The translations under genes were made by a program, and so were the position numbers. This document shows, piece after piece, positions 1 to 12,789 of a DNA stretch of 64,000 nt. The stretch lies in contig JBMOPW010000004.1 of the NCBI GenBank assembly GCA_049322915.1, forward strand, positions 99,343 through 163,342. Reading direction: 5' to 3'. Source of the stretch: Candidatus Zhuqueibacterota bacterium (lineage in GTDB: Bacteria > Zhuqueibacterota > Zhuqueibacteria > Thermofontimicrobiales > Thermofontimicrobiaceae). The notes beneath the pieces were generated by a model that was not told the origin of the DNA, did not search any database, and saw only the letters and a program-made list of their open reading frames with translations. Positions within the stretch are counted from its first letter, which is position 1. Each line of letters begins with the position of its first letter.

Positions 1-1
1 T

Positions 2-310
2 TTGCTCGATCTGGTCGGTGATGCGGACCAGCAGATTTACATGGAAGTGAATTCGAACAAATATGCCCAACCCATTGTGAAGCGCGTCTGGGATATCGCT
101 GATGACCTGGGGATCGGGACGTTCATTCCGGAAGTGATGTACGAGGTGTATGACGACCATCTGAATTTACTGGAAGCTGGAATACCCTGCATCGATATCA
201 TTGATTTTGATTATGACTACTGGCACACCGTCGAAGATACGCCGGATAAATGCAGCCCGCAAAGCCTGGAAAATGTCGGCAGAGTCGTGCGGGAGATTCT
301 CTACCAGTAG
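2..310 (+). CDS. M28-family peptidase / glutaminyl cyclase-like protein, C-terminal part (truncated by window start)
   Basis: LDLVGD, DDHLN and YWHTVEDTPDK motifs typical of the M28/QC C-terminal half. Confidence 0.75.
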   Translation: MLDLVGDADQQIYMEVNSNKYAQPIVKRVWDIADDLGIGTFIPEVMYEVYDDHLNLLEAGIPCIDIIDFDYDYWHTVEDTPDKCSPQSLENVGRVVREILYQ

Positions 311-428
311 CGCTGAACCCGCTGTACCGCATAATGGTTATAATGGTATAAGATGAACATCGCTGCGAAATTTTTTAGAGTTCCAATCATGTGCTTTGCC
401 TGAATCGCTGGAAAGATGTGGAGGAATC

Positions 429-1070
429 ATGAATTTATTGACAATACTTTTCAAAGGCGGAATTGTAATGATTCCGATTTTCCTTTGTTCCCTTGTTGCG
501 CTGGCCGTGGTGATCGAGCGTTGGCTATTTCTTCGGAAGGCGCGGATCAATGCCCGAAGCTTCATGCTTCAGGTGAGATCTCTGTTTTTGAAAAAGAAGA
601 TCTCCGATGCCGTCATTCTGTGCAAGCGTACGACTGCGCCCATTGCGAAGATCACCAAGGCGGCTGTGGAGCGCTACAACCGTCCGCGGGCTGAAATCAG
701 AGAAGCCATCGAAAGCGCCGGCAGAGTCGAAATTTACCAGCTTGAAAAGAACCTGGGAATTTTGGGAACAATGTCGGCCATTGCACCGCTGTTGGGATTT
801 TTGGGCACAGTCACCGGAATGATACAGGCGTTCATTCAGGTGCAGGAACTGGGAGGCAATGTGGATTCCAGTGTGCTGGCCGGCGGAATCTGGGAAGCGC
901 TGGTGACCACAGCCGCAGGGCTGATCGTTGGCATTCCCGCCTTGATCGCCTACAACTGGCTCCAGAGTAAAGTCGAATATCTCGTGTTCGAAATGGAAGA
1001 AAATTCAACGGCGCTGCTGGATATGCTCATTCTGGGAGGTGAGACGGCTGATGAAATTTCAAATGACTAA
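429..1070 (+). CDS. exbB: MotA/TolQ/ExbB proton channel protein
   Basis: APLLGFLGTVTGMI and GIWEALVTTAAGL motifs; ATG at 429 follows a GGAGG RBS. Confidence 0.9.
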   Translation: MNLLTILFKGGIVMIPIFLCSLVALAVVIERWLFLRKARINARSFMLQVRSLFLKKKISDAVILCKRTTAPIAKITKAAVERYNRPRAEIREAIESAGRVEIYQLEKNLGILGTMSAIAPLLGFLGTVTGMIQAFIQVQELGGNVDSSVLAGGIWEALVTTAAGLIVGIPALIAYNWLQSKVEYLVFEMEENSTALLDMLILGGETADEISND

Positions 1071-1458
1071 ACAGCGATTGGTGGCCTTTTCCACCATTTC
1101 ACTGACGGACATTGTGCTGCTGCTATTGATCTTTTTCCTGCTATCCTCCTCGTTTTTCGTGCAGCCGGGAATCAAGGTGGATTTGCCGAAAGCGCTCACC
1201 GGCCAGCCGGAGATGCGGGACCGAATTTATATTTCAATCACGGACAGGGAATTGATTTTTGTGAATCACCGGAAGGTGGCTAAAAGCGACCTCAGCTATG
1301 AGCTGTCCCAATTGCTGAAAACCCATCCGGAGAAGATGGTTGTGCTTCAGGCCGACAAAGACCTCACCGTCGAAGTGCTGGTTGAAGTTGTCGATATTGC
1401 CAAATTAGCCGGCGCTCAAAAATTCATGATTGCAACCCAGCCGGGGAGCCGTTTGTGA
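1051..1458 (+). CDS. exbD: ExbD/TolR biopolymer transport protein
   Basis: SLTDIVLLLLIFFLL TM helix with conserved Asp; VDLP and ADKD motifs; directly follows exbB. Confidence 0.9.
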   Translation: MKFQMTKQRLVAFSTISLTDIVLLLLIFFLLSSSFFVQPGIKVDLPKALTGQPEMRDRIYISITDRELIFVNHRKVAKSDLSYELSQLLKTHPEKMVVLQADKDLTVEVLVEVVDIAKLAGAQKFMIATQPGSRL

Positions 1459-2234
1459 TGACGGAATTCAGAGAAAAAAACGCGTGGATCGCCGCTGTAA
1501 TTTCACTCGTGGCTCACGGTGTGCTCCTCTTGATTTTCGCTCTGTACTCGCTTCATCTCGATATCGAAATACCGGACCTGACCGAAATTTCATTTGTCAG
1601 CGGCCCGGATTTCAGCGCGACGCAGTCGGCGCCCATCGTCCCGGCTTCCAGGCCGACGCCTGTCAAAGAAGAAGTGGCGCCGAAACCGGAATTGGTCAAT
1701 TTGCCGCTTCGAAAAATGCTGGAAAAAGAGGCGCCGGAATTGAAGGATCTGAGTCAGAAAAAACAGATCCCGGCCCAGGAAAATCTCGTCCTGCCGCCGG
1801 TCGCCAAAAGCGAGGAGCTGGAAAATGCCGTCGGGACTGCGCTGTCCAATACTCACTCGGACGAGAAAGAGATCGCCACGTCGGTCGAGAGCCTTGCCGC
1901 AGACCAAAAACTCACCCCATCGCCGGGGACGCAGTCGGACGCCAAGGGTCAGGCGCCCTACGAGATCGAAGGCGATGCCGCCGCGCGGACTGTCACAGCG
2001 AAGATGATACCGGCGTATCCCGAAAATCTTCAGAAAGAAGCCACCATTAAAATCCGATTTTCTGTCCTGCCGAGCGGCCGGGTCGGCGAAATGTTGCCGA
2101 TTATCAAGTCCGACGCGGCGTTGGAGAAACTAACATTGGATGCCCTGCGTCAATGGCAATTCAATCCCCTGCCGACGACAGTCCCCCAGCGAATTGAAAC
2201 AGGTATCATTACGTTTCGGTATCTGCTCAAATAG
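1455..2234 (+). CDS. tonB: TonB family energy transducer
   Basis: N-terminal TM helix with SLVAH (S-x3-H), Pro-rich linker, C-terminal PAYP...WQFNP TonB_C domain. Confidence 0.85.
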   Translation: MMTEFREKNAWIAAVISLVAHGVLLLIFALYSLHLDIEIPDLTEISFVSGPDFSATQSAPIVPASRPTPVKEEVAPKPELVNLPLRKMLEKEAPELKDLSQKKQIPAQENLVLPPVAKSEELENAVGTALSNTHSDEKEIATSVESLAADQKLTPSPGTQSDAKGQAPYEIEGDAAARTVTAKMIPAYPENLQKEATIKIRFSVLPSGRVGEMLPIIKSDAALEKLTLDALRQWQFNPLPTTVPQRIETGIITFRYLLK

Positions 2235-2593
2235 AGCATGCAAAAGTCGCCGGCGTGAACCGTCGATTGGCGCGTCTCTCCTCAGCATATCTTCGTGCAG
2301 CTTTTTCACAACAATAAATTTCTCAAAAATTAAAATAGAGCTTGAAAACAATGGAGTTTGATTGAAAATTACGGATAATTAAAAAAAAGCAATATTGATT
2401 TTTTAACTTGATTATAAATTATTCTCTGTTTATTTTAGCAACGCACTTATGGCCATTCATTCATACTTCGCAACGCAGCGCCCTGTCAACTGCCTGGTGC
2501 CGGTGAGACATGTTGCTCTTTGGTAATGCCGAACGAGCAAGATTTTGCAGCCATTTTGATTGGAAGTTCACGTGATCGTGTGGAGGTGAATCT

Positions 2594-4414
2594 GTGAATC
2601 GGAAGCAGAAGAGGGAAGCAAAACAGAAGACTGAATTGAAAGCTAAATCCCTGTTAAAGAAACCAGTCCTTCGTAAACAAAGAAAACAACCCATTGTCAG
2701 CGCTCATGCTTCATCGATAAAAATCGTGGACCTACCGCCAAATTCCCCTCATGAAATGAATCAGTACATTCGCCAATTCGAAGAACAACACAATGCTCTC
2801 AAGTACCAGGCCGATACATTTCAATCGAATTATTTTTCACTGTTAGAGTCCATCCGCGAGGCCATCCTGGTGGTAGATGCTGATTTTGCGATTCGGCAAG
2901 TCAATACAAATTTTATACATCTCAGCGGATACCCGAAAGATGAAATTCAGGGTGGGAATTTCCAGCAATTATTCTTCCAGAAAGAGGATAGAAAAAAAAT
3001 CTGCGCTGCGATGAATCAAAAGCGCGGGGCAGCGTCCGTTCAAAGTTCAGCGGCGCTTGAGCTGCAATTAATTCGCAGCGATCGCACCATTGTGCCCGTT
3101 GAAATGCGCTGGACTCAGTCCGAGGCGCCGGACACCTACTTCATCTTTTTTCACGATCTTTCCCCGACGAAAAATTACGAGCGGGAATTGCAGCAGCAGA
3201 AAAAGGAACTGGCTTTGCTGGCGGCGATTTCCAGTTCGATGACCCAGCCTAAATATTTGAATAAAGATCTGCAGTCCGTTCTGGAGAGCGTGTGTACGAT
3301 CATGGGATTTGAGCAAAGTGCAGTCTGTCTCGGAGATTCCCGGCTAAATAACTTCGGCCCCATCGCCCTTGTGGGTATGACCCCCTCCGAAACTGAAAGT
3401 CTGCTGGAGCGATATTTTGACCTCATCAGTCAACTCAAAAAAGAAAAGAAGCTGATTGCCTTCAACCCCTCTTCAGATATCTTCTCTGAATTATTCAGTC
3501 GGCCACCGCACTGCCGGTCCATCGCGCTTGTCCCGCTGTCGATTCGGAAGAACCTGTTCGGCGCGTTTGCTGTCGCCAGTGTGAATCATATTGACTTTGA
3601 TGAGGAGACGAAAGAGCTTCTGGCTACGATCGGGCAGCAACTCTCCATTCATATCGAGAATGCCATGTTGTTCAAAGAGCTGGATGCAAAGAGCCGCGAG
3701 GTGGAGTCCATCAACAAAGAATTGAGTTCCTTTGTCTGCACCGTGTCCCACGATTTGAAGACGCCTATCATTGCCCTGCATGGATTTTTAAATCTGTTCA
3801 AAGAGCATCATGGCGCCGGCATCGATGATGAAGGGAATGAATATTTAGACAGAGTCTTATGCAACGCCGAGTACATGGAGAAGATGATCAATGACTTGCT
3901 GAAACTCTCGCGAGCTGGCCATGTGGTCGGCGCGAAATGCCGGTTCTCGACGTATAAGCTGGTCAATGAAATATTGATGAGCCTGTATCCCCGGCTGCAT
4001 GAGAAAAACATCCAGTATGTCGTTTCGAAAAAGCTTCCTGTTGTTTTCGGCGACAGGAACCGGATGCAAACAGTGTTCGAAAATCTCATCGTAAACGCCA
4101 TCAAATACTCGTCCCCTGAACGCGTTCCGCAGATAGAAATTGGCTGCAAAGAGAAAAAGGATAGCCATCAATTTTGGGTGAAGGATAATGGGATTGGCAT
4201 CGATTCAGAAAATCACGAGCGCATTTTTGAGGTGTTCCAAAAGGTCAGGCAGAACAGCGATACGCACGAAGGGACGGGCGTTGGTTTGACAATTGTGAAA
4301 AAGATCATCGAGCATCACGATGGCCGCGTCTGGGTGGAGTCGAAACTCAACCGCGGCGCGACGTTTTATTTCACTTTGCCCAAAAGTCCCACCAAAGCGA
4401 AAAAGTTGAAATGA
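2594..4414 (+). CDS. Cytoplasmic PAS-GAF sensor histidine kinase
   Basis: H-box SHDLKTP, N-box ENLIVNAIKY, DNGIG and GTGVGL; PAS- and GAF-like segments; no TM helix; GGAGGTG RBS before the GTG start. Confidence 0.9.
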   Translation: MNRKQKREAKQKTELKAKSLLKKPVLRKQRKQPIVSAHASSIKIVDLPPNSPHEMNQYIRQFEEQHNALKYQADTFQSNYFSLLESIREAILVVDADFAIRQVNTNFIHLSGYPKDEIQGGNFQQLFFQKEDRKKICAAMNQKRGAASVQSSAALELQLIRSDRTIVPVEMRWTQSEAPDTYFIFFHDLSPTKNYERELQQQKKELALLAAISSSMTQPKYLNKDLQSVLESVCTIMGFEQSAVCLGDSRLNNFGPIALVGMTPSETESLLERYFDLISQLKKEKKLIAFNPSSDIFSELFSRPPHCRSIALVPLSIRKNLFGAFAVASVNHIDFDEETKELLATIGQQLSIHIENAMLFKELDAKSREVESINKELSSFVCTVSHDLKTPIIALHGFLNLFKEHHGAGIDDEGNEYLDRVLCNAEYMEKMINDLLKLSRAGHVVGAKCRFSTYKLVNEILMSLYPRLHEKNIQYVVSKKLPVVFGDRNRMQTVFENLIVNAIKYSSPERVPQIEIGCKEKKDSHQFWVKDNGIGIDSENHERIFEVFQKVRQNSDTHEGTGVGLTIVKKIIEHHDGRVWVESKLNRGATFYFTLPKSPTKAKKLK

Positions 4415-5088
4415 CCGGAGAGCGGAAGCCGATTCAGCATTCGAAAAGCCATGCATCAGATTTCGAGAGATATTAAACCCATAGAAAGCAATCGCCGCAA
4501 AGACGCTAAGCCTCAAAGAAATGATTTATACAACCTGAATTTTTAAAATGAAATGCCAAATGAGCGTTTAACGTATTATTTTAGTATGGAGTAGATCGAC
4601 TGTGTCGATGCTTCATTCTATATTTCTTTAGAAATGACGTAGCTAAATTTGATTATGAGTAGCTATTCAGCTTCACTTCAAAATTCTTTGAATACAATGT
4701 AAAGATTCTTTCCCTCATCACCGGCCCTTCTCCCAGAGCTTACCCTTACCCATATCTTTTCTAACGCTGAGGTCGCAGAGACCGCAGAGGTACGCAGAGT
4801 TTTGGTAATGAAAAAAAGCTGTTTGCAAACTTATGAAACCAGGTATTTTCCTGGTTATTTTGGTCTTCTGTTACTATTGGTGAACATGATTTTCATTGTT
4901 TGATTGAAAATTTTAATATCACTCCGGCCAATTCAAAGCTGGTCTTTTCTCTGCGCCCTTGGTGACCACTTCGTTTCATTTTATTTCTAAGTATTTTAAA
5001 AACAGCTTCTGTTTTCATAAAGATATTTGGCACCATCGCGTCCTGGCGGCAATTCTTCAGATTTCCATTGCATTCGTTGGGTGTAAAA

Positions 5089-6753
5089 TCAATAGCTTTG
5101 TTTGTGGACGTTCTTCACAGCGCGACCGGATGGGTCGATCATGTGCCGCAATTCCTTATCCCATTCCAGCGCGACAGGGGTGCTGCATGCAACGGACGGT
5201 CCGCCCGGGACGCAGCGCGCGGCATCGTCGTGAGGGAAGAGTTCGTCAAACATGGTTCGGTAAAAATAGGCCTCTTTTGTGACCGGCGTATTGATGGGAA
5301 ACCTGAAATGGGCGTTCGCCATTTGCTGGTCTGTTATTTCTTTCTCCGCGATATCTTTCAGCGTGTTAATCCATGAATAGCCAACACCATCGGAGAACTG
5401 CTCCTTCTGGCGATTGCTGATCGAAGCCGGCAGATAGTCGCGGAAGGCATCCCGCAGGATCTGTTTTTCCATGCGACCATTTCGGGCCAGTTTATCCTCC
5501 GGATTGATGGCCATGGCTACATCGAGGAATTCGCGATCCAGAAATGGCACGCGCGCCTCGACGCCCCAGGATGCCATGGATTTATTCGCGCGCAGGCAAT
5601 CGAATTTGAACAACTGCTGGAGCTTGCGCACTGTCTCCTCGTGCAATGCCTGGGCGTTTGGCGCTTTATGAAAATAAAGATAGCCGCCAAAAATCTCGTC
5701 CGCGCCCTCGCCGGAGAGCACCATTTTCACACCCATGGACTTGATGCGCCGGGCCAAAAGGTACATGGGCGTTGAGGCGCGAATTGTTGTCACGTCATAG
5801 GTTTCGATGTGATAAATGACGTCCCGCAGGGCATCCAATCCCTCCTGTATCGTGAAATGAAATTCATGATGCACCGAGCCAATATAGTCAGCCACTTCGC
5901 GGGCTGCTGCCAGATCCGGCGATTCTTTCAGACCAATGGCAAAGCTGTGAAGCTGCGGCCACCAGGCTTCTTTCATGTCGTTGCTCTCAATGCGGCGCTG
6001 GGAATACTTTTTGGCGATGGCCGCGATGATGGACGAGTCAAGTCCCCCGGAGAGCAATACGCCATAGGGCACGTCGGACATCAACTGTCGGTGAACCGCA
6101 TCTTCCAGCGCGCGACGCAGCAATTTTTTATCGGCGCCATTGGATTTCACATCCTCGTAGTTTTGCCAGGTTGGATGATAGTATTTTTTCAGTGCGCCCT
6201 CTTTGCTGGAGAGATAATGGCCCGGCGGAAAATCCTGAATCGATTTGCAGACAGGAACAAGCGCTTTCATTTCCGACGCCACATAAAAATTGCCATGCGC
6301 ATCGTGGCCCATGTACAGCGGAACAATGCCAATATGGTCGCGGGCGATGAGATACGATCCGGCATCGCTGTCGTACAGAATGAAGGCGAAGATACCGTTG
6401 AGGTCGTTCAGGAAACCTGCCCCCTTTTCGCGATACAGCGCATTGATCACTTCGCAGTCCGATTCTGTGGTGAACTCGTACGGCCGGGTCAGGTTTCTTT
6501 CCAGTTCCTTATGATTATAGATTTCACCATTCACAGCCAGCGCCAGTTTACCGTCGGTGGACAGAAGCGGCTGAGCGCCATTTTGAATATCCACAATAGC
6601 CAGTCGCTCATGGGCTAAAATCGCGTGATCGTTGGTGTACATTCCGGACCAATCCGGCCCGCGATGGCGTAGCAGTTTCGACAGTGCCAGCGCTTTTTTT
6701 CGCATTTCAGTGACATCAGTTTTAATATCGAGAATACCCAGTATGGAACACAT
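5089..6753 (-). CDS. asnB: Asparagine synthetase B (glutamine-hydrolysing)
   Basis: N-terminal MCSI (Ntn Cys), HRGPD, SGGLDSS, SGEGADE. Confidence 0.97.
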   Translation of the reverse strand: MCSILGILDIKTDVTEMRKKALALSKLLRHRGPDWSGMYTNDHAILAHERLAIVDIQNGAQPLLSTDGKLALAVNGEIYNHKELERNLTRPYEFTTESDCEVINALYREKGAGFLNDLNGIFAFILYDSDAGSYLIARDHIGIVPLYMGHDAHGNFYVASEMKALVPVCKSIQDFPPGHYLSSKEGALKKYYHPTWQNYEDVKSNGADKKLLRRALEDAVHRQLMSDVPYGVLLSGGLDSSIIAAIAKKYSQRRIESNDMKEAWWPQLHSFAIGLKESPDLAAAREVADYIGSVHHEFHFTIQEGLDALRDVIYHIETYDVTTIRASTPMYLLARRIKSMGVKMVLSGEGADEIFGGYLYFHKAPNAQALHEETVRKLQQLFKFDCLRANKSMASWGVEARVPFLDREFLDVAMAINPEDKLARNGRMEKQILRDAFRDYLPASISNRQKEQFSDGVGYSWINTLKDIAEKEITDQQMANAHFRFPINTPVTKEAYFYRTMFDELFPHDDAARCVPGGPSVACSTPVALEWDKELRHMIDPSGRAVKNVHKQSY

Positions 6754-6916
6754 TGTCTAACTCCGTAGGCTGCGAGGTGAAAAATTATACTTGAATTGAA
6801 AAAAGTTATACGCCTTTCAATCCAATTTTGATTCAATTATACATGCGTCATGAAAATTCTACTGAAAGATTCGTGTGAATATGAAAATTTAATCATCAAC
6901 CGGGCCTATGAATCTT

Positions 6917-7015
6917 AAAAAAAAGTGGTTTTCGGATTTGAACTGAAACCCGGTCAGCGAATAGAGAAAATATTCCGCGGACAGGATAATTCGATAGTAA
7001 ATCCGAAAACCACTT
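6917..7015 (-). terminator. 17-bp perfect inverted repeat followed by a U-tract on the minus strand, between icd and asnB
   Basis: AAGTGGTTTTCGGATTT (6923-6939) / AAATCCGAAAACCACTT (6999-7015); A8 run at 6917-6924. Confidence 0.5.
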
Positions 7016-7056
7016 CGTTGGTTTCGATGGAAATTTTCAGAATTTTTATTAGCTAA

Positions 7057-9336
<2,280 letters not shown>

Positions 9337-9541
9337 TTAAATTTGCAGGGAAAGATGATAAAAGTGAAAATAAGATTCTATGAATTTCTCCTATCCTAAT
9401 GAGGTCTTATAACTCGTTGATATTCAAATTGTTCTATCGGATAAAAGCGTTTTGCACACTTTGTTTTTTTGGTGAGGAATAAAGAATAAAATCGAAACTC
9501 GACTCACTTCGAAATTATTATATGAAAAAATCCGGCCTTTA

Positions 9542-9570
9542 ATAATAAAACAAAACCATCAAAATGTCAA
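9542..9570 (-). promoter_or_regulatory. Sigma70-type promoter for icd
   Basis: Minus strand TTGACA-N17-TATTAT. Confidence 0.6.
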
Positions 9571-9619
9571 GTAAAATATAGGTGCGAAAAATGAATGTGA
9601 TAATAATTACTCCGGCGTT

Positions 9620-9649
9620 GCGAACCTTTTTATTTGAACTCTCGTCTTA
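9620..9649 (+). promoter_or_regulatory. Putative ECF autoregulatory promoter
   Basis: GCGAACCTTTT-N12-CGTCTTA (AAC...CGTC ECF pattern) ~26 nt upstream of the ECF gene. Confidence 0.6.
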
Positions 9650-9675
9650 CAGTCAGAAAAAGGGAGCCCTTTCGA

Positions 9676-10272
9676 GTGAATCAGGATACCGTGCTTGTTG
9701 AGCGTGCGCGCCAGGGTGAGAAAGCTGCGTTTCGGGAACTGGTGGAGCGCTATAAAAAAAGAATCTACTATCTGTCACGGGATTTAACCGGGAACCATCA
9801 CGACGCTGAGGATTTGTCCCAGGAAGTGTTTATCAAAGCCTATCGGTCGTTGAAGGATTTTCGCGGCGACGCCCAATTCAGCTCCTGGCTTTACCGGATT
9901 GCGGTCAATACGAGCATCAGCCAGCGCCGCAAAAAATCCTATGCGGCCATGACGCTGCATGATTTCATTGAAGAAGATCGTGGCGACAATCAGGATCAGG
10001 AACATTTGTCGACAGGGCAGAATCCGGAAAGGAGCGCCGAAGCCGGATTGATGCAGGCCCATATCGATGCAGCGCTGCAGCGACTCGCGCCGCGGGAGAG
10101 GTCGATTTTTGTGCTGCGCCATTACCACGATTTGCCGCTGAAGGAGATTGCGGAGACGCTGAGCATCACAGTGGGCAGCGTGAAAAGTCTGCATTTCCGG
10201 GCGATCAAACGGCTCCGGAAAGAATTGTCTTTTTATCGGGAAGAATTTGGATTGGAGGATGCCAATGAGTGA
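9676..10272 (+). CDS. ECF RNA polymerase sigma factor
   Basis: DAEDLSQEVFIKAY and FSSWLYRIAVN (region 2), EIAETLSITVGSVKS (region 4); GTG start at 9676 inferred. Confidence 0.93.
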   Translation: MNQDTVLVERARQGEKAAFRELVERYKKRIYYLSRDLTGNHHDAEDLSQEVFIKAYRSLKDFRGDAQFSSWLYRIAVNTSISQRRKKSYAAMTLHDFIEEDRGDNQDQEHLSTGQNPERSAEAGLMQAHIDAALQRLAPRERSIFVLRHYHDLPLKEIAETLSITVGSVKSLHFRAIKRLRKELSFYREEFGLEDANE

Positions 10273-11104
10273 ATGCCGAAAATGTCGCGCCATGTTTGCC
10301 GAGGGTCTCAGCGATGAATTGAGCCGGGAACAAAAAAAATGGTTTTTCCACCACATCGAAACGTGTCCTGTATGCGGCGCTGAATACCGGCGGATGACAC
10401 AGGTGGTGCAGACCATGAAGCGACGCACATTGGATGAGCCGGAGGCGGCGTTCTGGGACAATTACTGGGACAGGCTGGAAGAGAAACTGTCGGACCGGCA
10501 GCGAACAGGATTCCCGCTGCGAACCTGGTGGCAGCAGTTGAACGGACGCGTTCGGTTCCAGCCACAGCTTGCCTACCGTTTCGCCGTGGGCATCGCGCTC
10601 ATCGCGGTTGGGGTGTTGATTGGCAAGTTTTATTTTAGCAACAGCCTACCCACGCCTCAAATATCGGTGATGCAGGCGCAACGCGATACATCGGCGCAGC
10701 ACGTGGCGCTGGAAACCCGCACCAACCGCTATCTGGATCGGTCGAAAATTCTGCTGCTGGGTTTAGTCAATTTCGACACGAAGAATGAAGACACCTACGC
10801 CCTGGATATTCCCTATCAGAAGCAAATTTCCCAGGACCTGGTTCAGGAGGCGGATTATCTCAGAGATCAACTGACAGATCCGGCGCAACAGCAGGTGCGC
10901 GAGCTCATCATCAATCTGGAAATGATCCTGCTGCAAATTGCCAACTTCGAAAATGTGAACGACCTGGCAGCCATCGAGGTGGTGAAAAGCGGCGTGGACG
11001 AGACCGGTATCCTGTTGAAAATTAATCTTGATATGATGAATCGGCAGGGACAACTGCCGGGAACAACCACTGAACAGAAGAAAAAAAATCAAATCCATAT
11101 ATAA
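10265..11104 (+). CDS. Zinc-binding (ZAS) transmembrane anti-sigma factor
   Basis: HIETCPVC (HxxxCxxC), a single TM helix, start overlapping the sigma gene end. Confidence 0.85.
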   Translation: MSECRKCRAMFAEGLSDELSREQKKWFFHHIETCPVCGAEYRRMTQVVQTMKRRTLDEPEAAFWDNYWDRLEEKLSDRQRTGFPLRTWWQQLNGRVRFQPQLAYRFAVGIALIAVGVLIGKFYFSNSLPTPQISVMQAQRDTSAQHVALETRTNRYLDRSKILLLGLVNFDTKNEDTYALDIPYQKQISQDLVQEADYLRDQLTDPAQQQVRELIINLEMILLQIANFENVNDLAAIEVVKSGVDETGILLKINLDMMNRQGQLPGTTTEQKKKNQIHI

Positions 11105-11117
11105 AAGGAGTGAACCC

Positions 11118-12695
11118 ATGTTCAACCATAAAGTGAGAATAGCATCATTCTTAACTCTTCTGACCCTGCTGGCGATTGTTTGGCCGGTCAGGGCGATTGT
11201 GTTCGAAGAGCAAGAACAGGCCGATGAAGCCTATAAAATTGCCTACAAATTCATCCTCGACGAGCAATGGGAAAAGGCTTTGGCGTCGTTCGAAAAACTG
11301 GTGGAGGATTTTCCCGAGAGCGACTGGATCGATGACTCGCGTTTCTGGCAATGTTTTGCCAGAGAGAAAAAAGGCGAGGACCTGGAATTGGTCTTTCAAT
11401 GTTACGATACGTTTCTCAAAAATTTCAGCGGCAGCGAATGGGCGGATGACGCCAAATCGAATATGATTCGAATCGGACAGGATTTAGCCCGGTCGGGCAA
11501 GCCGGAATACAGGCAAATGGTGGAATATCTGAAACAGAGCGAAAACGAGGAAGTGAGTCTGGCTGCATTGTACGCGCTGCAAAATATCGGCGATGAGCGG
11601 GCGCTTCAGGCCACTATCAATTTATACGACCGGACAGAAAACGAAAATATCCGCGCGAAAATTTTGTATGTGCTGGGAAATTTTCATTCTGCGGCAGCGA
11701 CCAAAAAGTTGATTGAAATTGCCAGAAGCGATCCGGACCCGAAAGTACAGCAAAAGGCGGTCTACGCATTGGGCACTAAGCGGGACGAGCAATCGATTGC
11801 AGCGTTGAAAGACATTGTGTTTTCCAAAGCCGATGGCGACGTGCGCAAACATGCGCTGTACGCATTGGGCAACGCAGACGTCAAAGACATGGCGCCGTTT
11901 TTAGGCAAGCTGGCGCGGGAAAATGAGGATGAATCGCTGGCGAAAGCAGCAACGTATTCGCTGGGGAACCTGAAAGACAATGCCGCCACCGATGAGTTGC
12001 GCAATATCATTAAATCGGCGAAGTTGCCTTCGGTGAAAGAGGCAGCCATTTACGCCATCAGTAATCGGCGCGATGTGCATTCGCTGGATATTCTGCGCGA
12101 TGCAGCCTTGAACGCCACTGATCCGCGGTTGAGCCGATCCGCAGTGTATGCGATCGCCAACATTCAGGATGAGCAGGTCATGGGTATTTTGAATGAAATC
12201 GTCGATTCAAAAGTGGATGTCGAAACCCGGGAAGCAGCGCTTTATGCAATCGGCAACTATGGCGGCGATGGAGCCCGGGATGTACTGATCAAAATCGCCA
12301 CAACCCATCCCGATGAAAAGCTGGCCAGGGTTGCGGCCTACTCGCTGGGCAATCTGGCGGAAAGAGGTGATATTGAATTATTGTACGACGTATTGAAAAA
12401 GGCTCAGTTTCCCGAAGTGAAAAAAGCAGTGCTTTACGCTGTCATGAACAAGGGGGGCAATGCCAGCGTCGGGATGGTTTCCAAAATATTGAAAGAGGAG
12501 CGCGATATCAAGTTGAGGCAGGCGGCAGTCCGTTCGTTAGCCAATTCTGATAGCGATGAGGCGGTGGCTGTTCTCGTGGAGATCATCAATAACGAAACAG
12601 AGATGATCCTCAGAAAAGATGCCGTGGCAGTGCTTGGGCAGATCGGCACGCCAAAAGCGCAGGAAGCGCTCATAAAAATATTGGAGAAAAAATAA
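11118..12695 (+). CDS. Exported HEAT/PBS-repeat protein with N-terminal TPR/BamD-like domain
   Basis: Signal peptide; FPESDWIDD / FSGSEWADD motifs; many ~33-aa A(L/V)YALG repeats. Confidence 0.8.
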   Translation: MFNHKVRIASFLTLLTLLAIVWPVRAIVFEEQEQADEAYKIAYKFILDEQWEKALASFEKLVEDFPESDWIDDSRFWQCFAREKKGEDLELVFQCYDTFLKNFSGSEWADDAKSNMIRIGQDLARSGKPEYRQMVEYLKQSENEEVSLAALYALQNIGDERALQATINLYDRTENENIRAKILYVLGNFHSAAATKKLIEIARSDPDPKVQQKAVYALGTKRDEQSIAALKDIVFSKADGDVRKHALYALGNADVKDMAPFLGKLARENEDESLAKAATYSLGNLKDNAATDELRNIIKSAKLPSVKEAAIYAISNRRDVHSLDILRDAALNATDPRLSRSAVYAIANIQDEQVMGILNEIVDSKVDVETREAALYAIGNYGGDGARDVLIKIATTHPDEKLARVAAYSLGNLAERGDIELLYDVLKKAQFPEVKKAVLYAVMNKGGNASVGMVSKILKEERDIKLRQAAVRSLANSDSDEAVAVLVEIINNETEMILRKDAVAVLGQIGTPKAQEALIKILEKK

Positions 12696-12713
12696 CTGTT
12701 CACCGAATCGAAT

Positions 12714-12747
12714 GCGCCCATTCAGCGATGAGGGGATGGGCGCTTTC
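12714..12747 (+). terminator. Intergenic hairpin (weak terminator or mRNA stabiliser)
   Basis: GCGCCCAT / ATGGGCGC followed by TTT. Confidence 0.35.
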
Positions 12748-12789
12748 GCAAGACCAAGAAAACAAGCGTGTTGCATGATCGAGAGGTCC

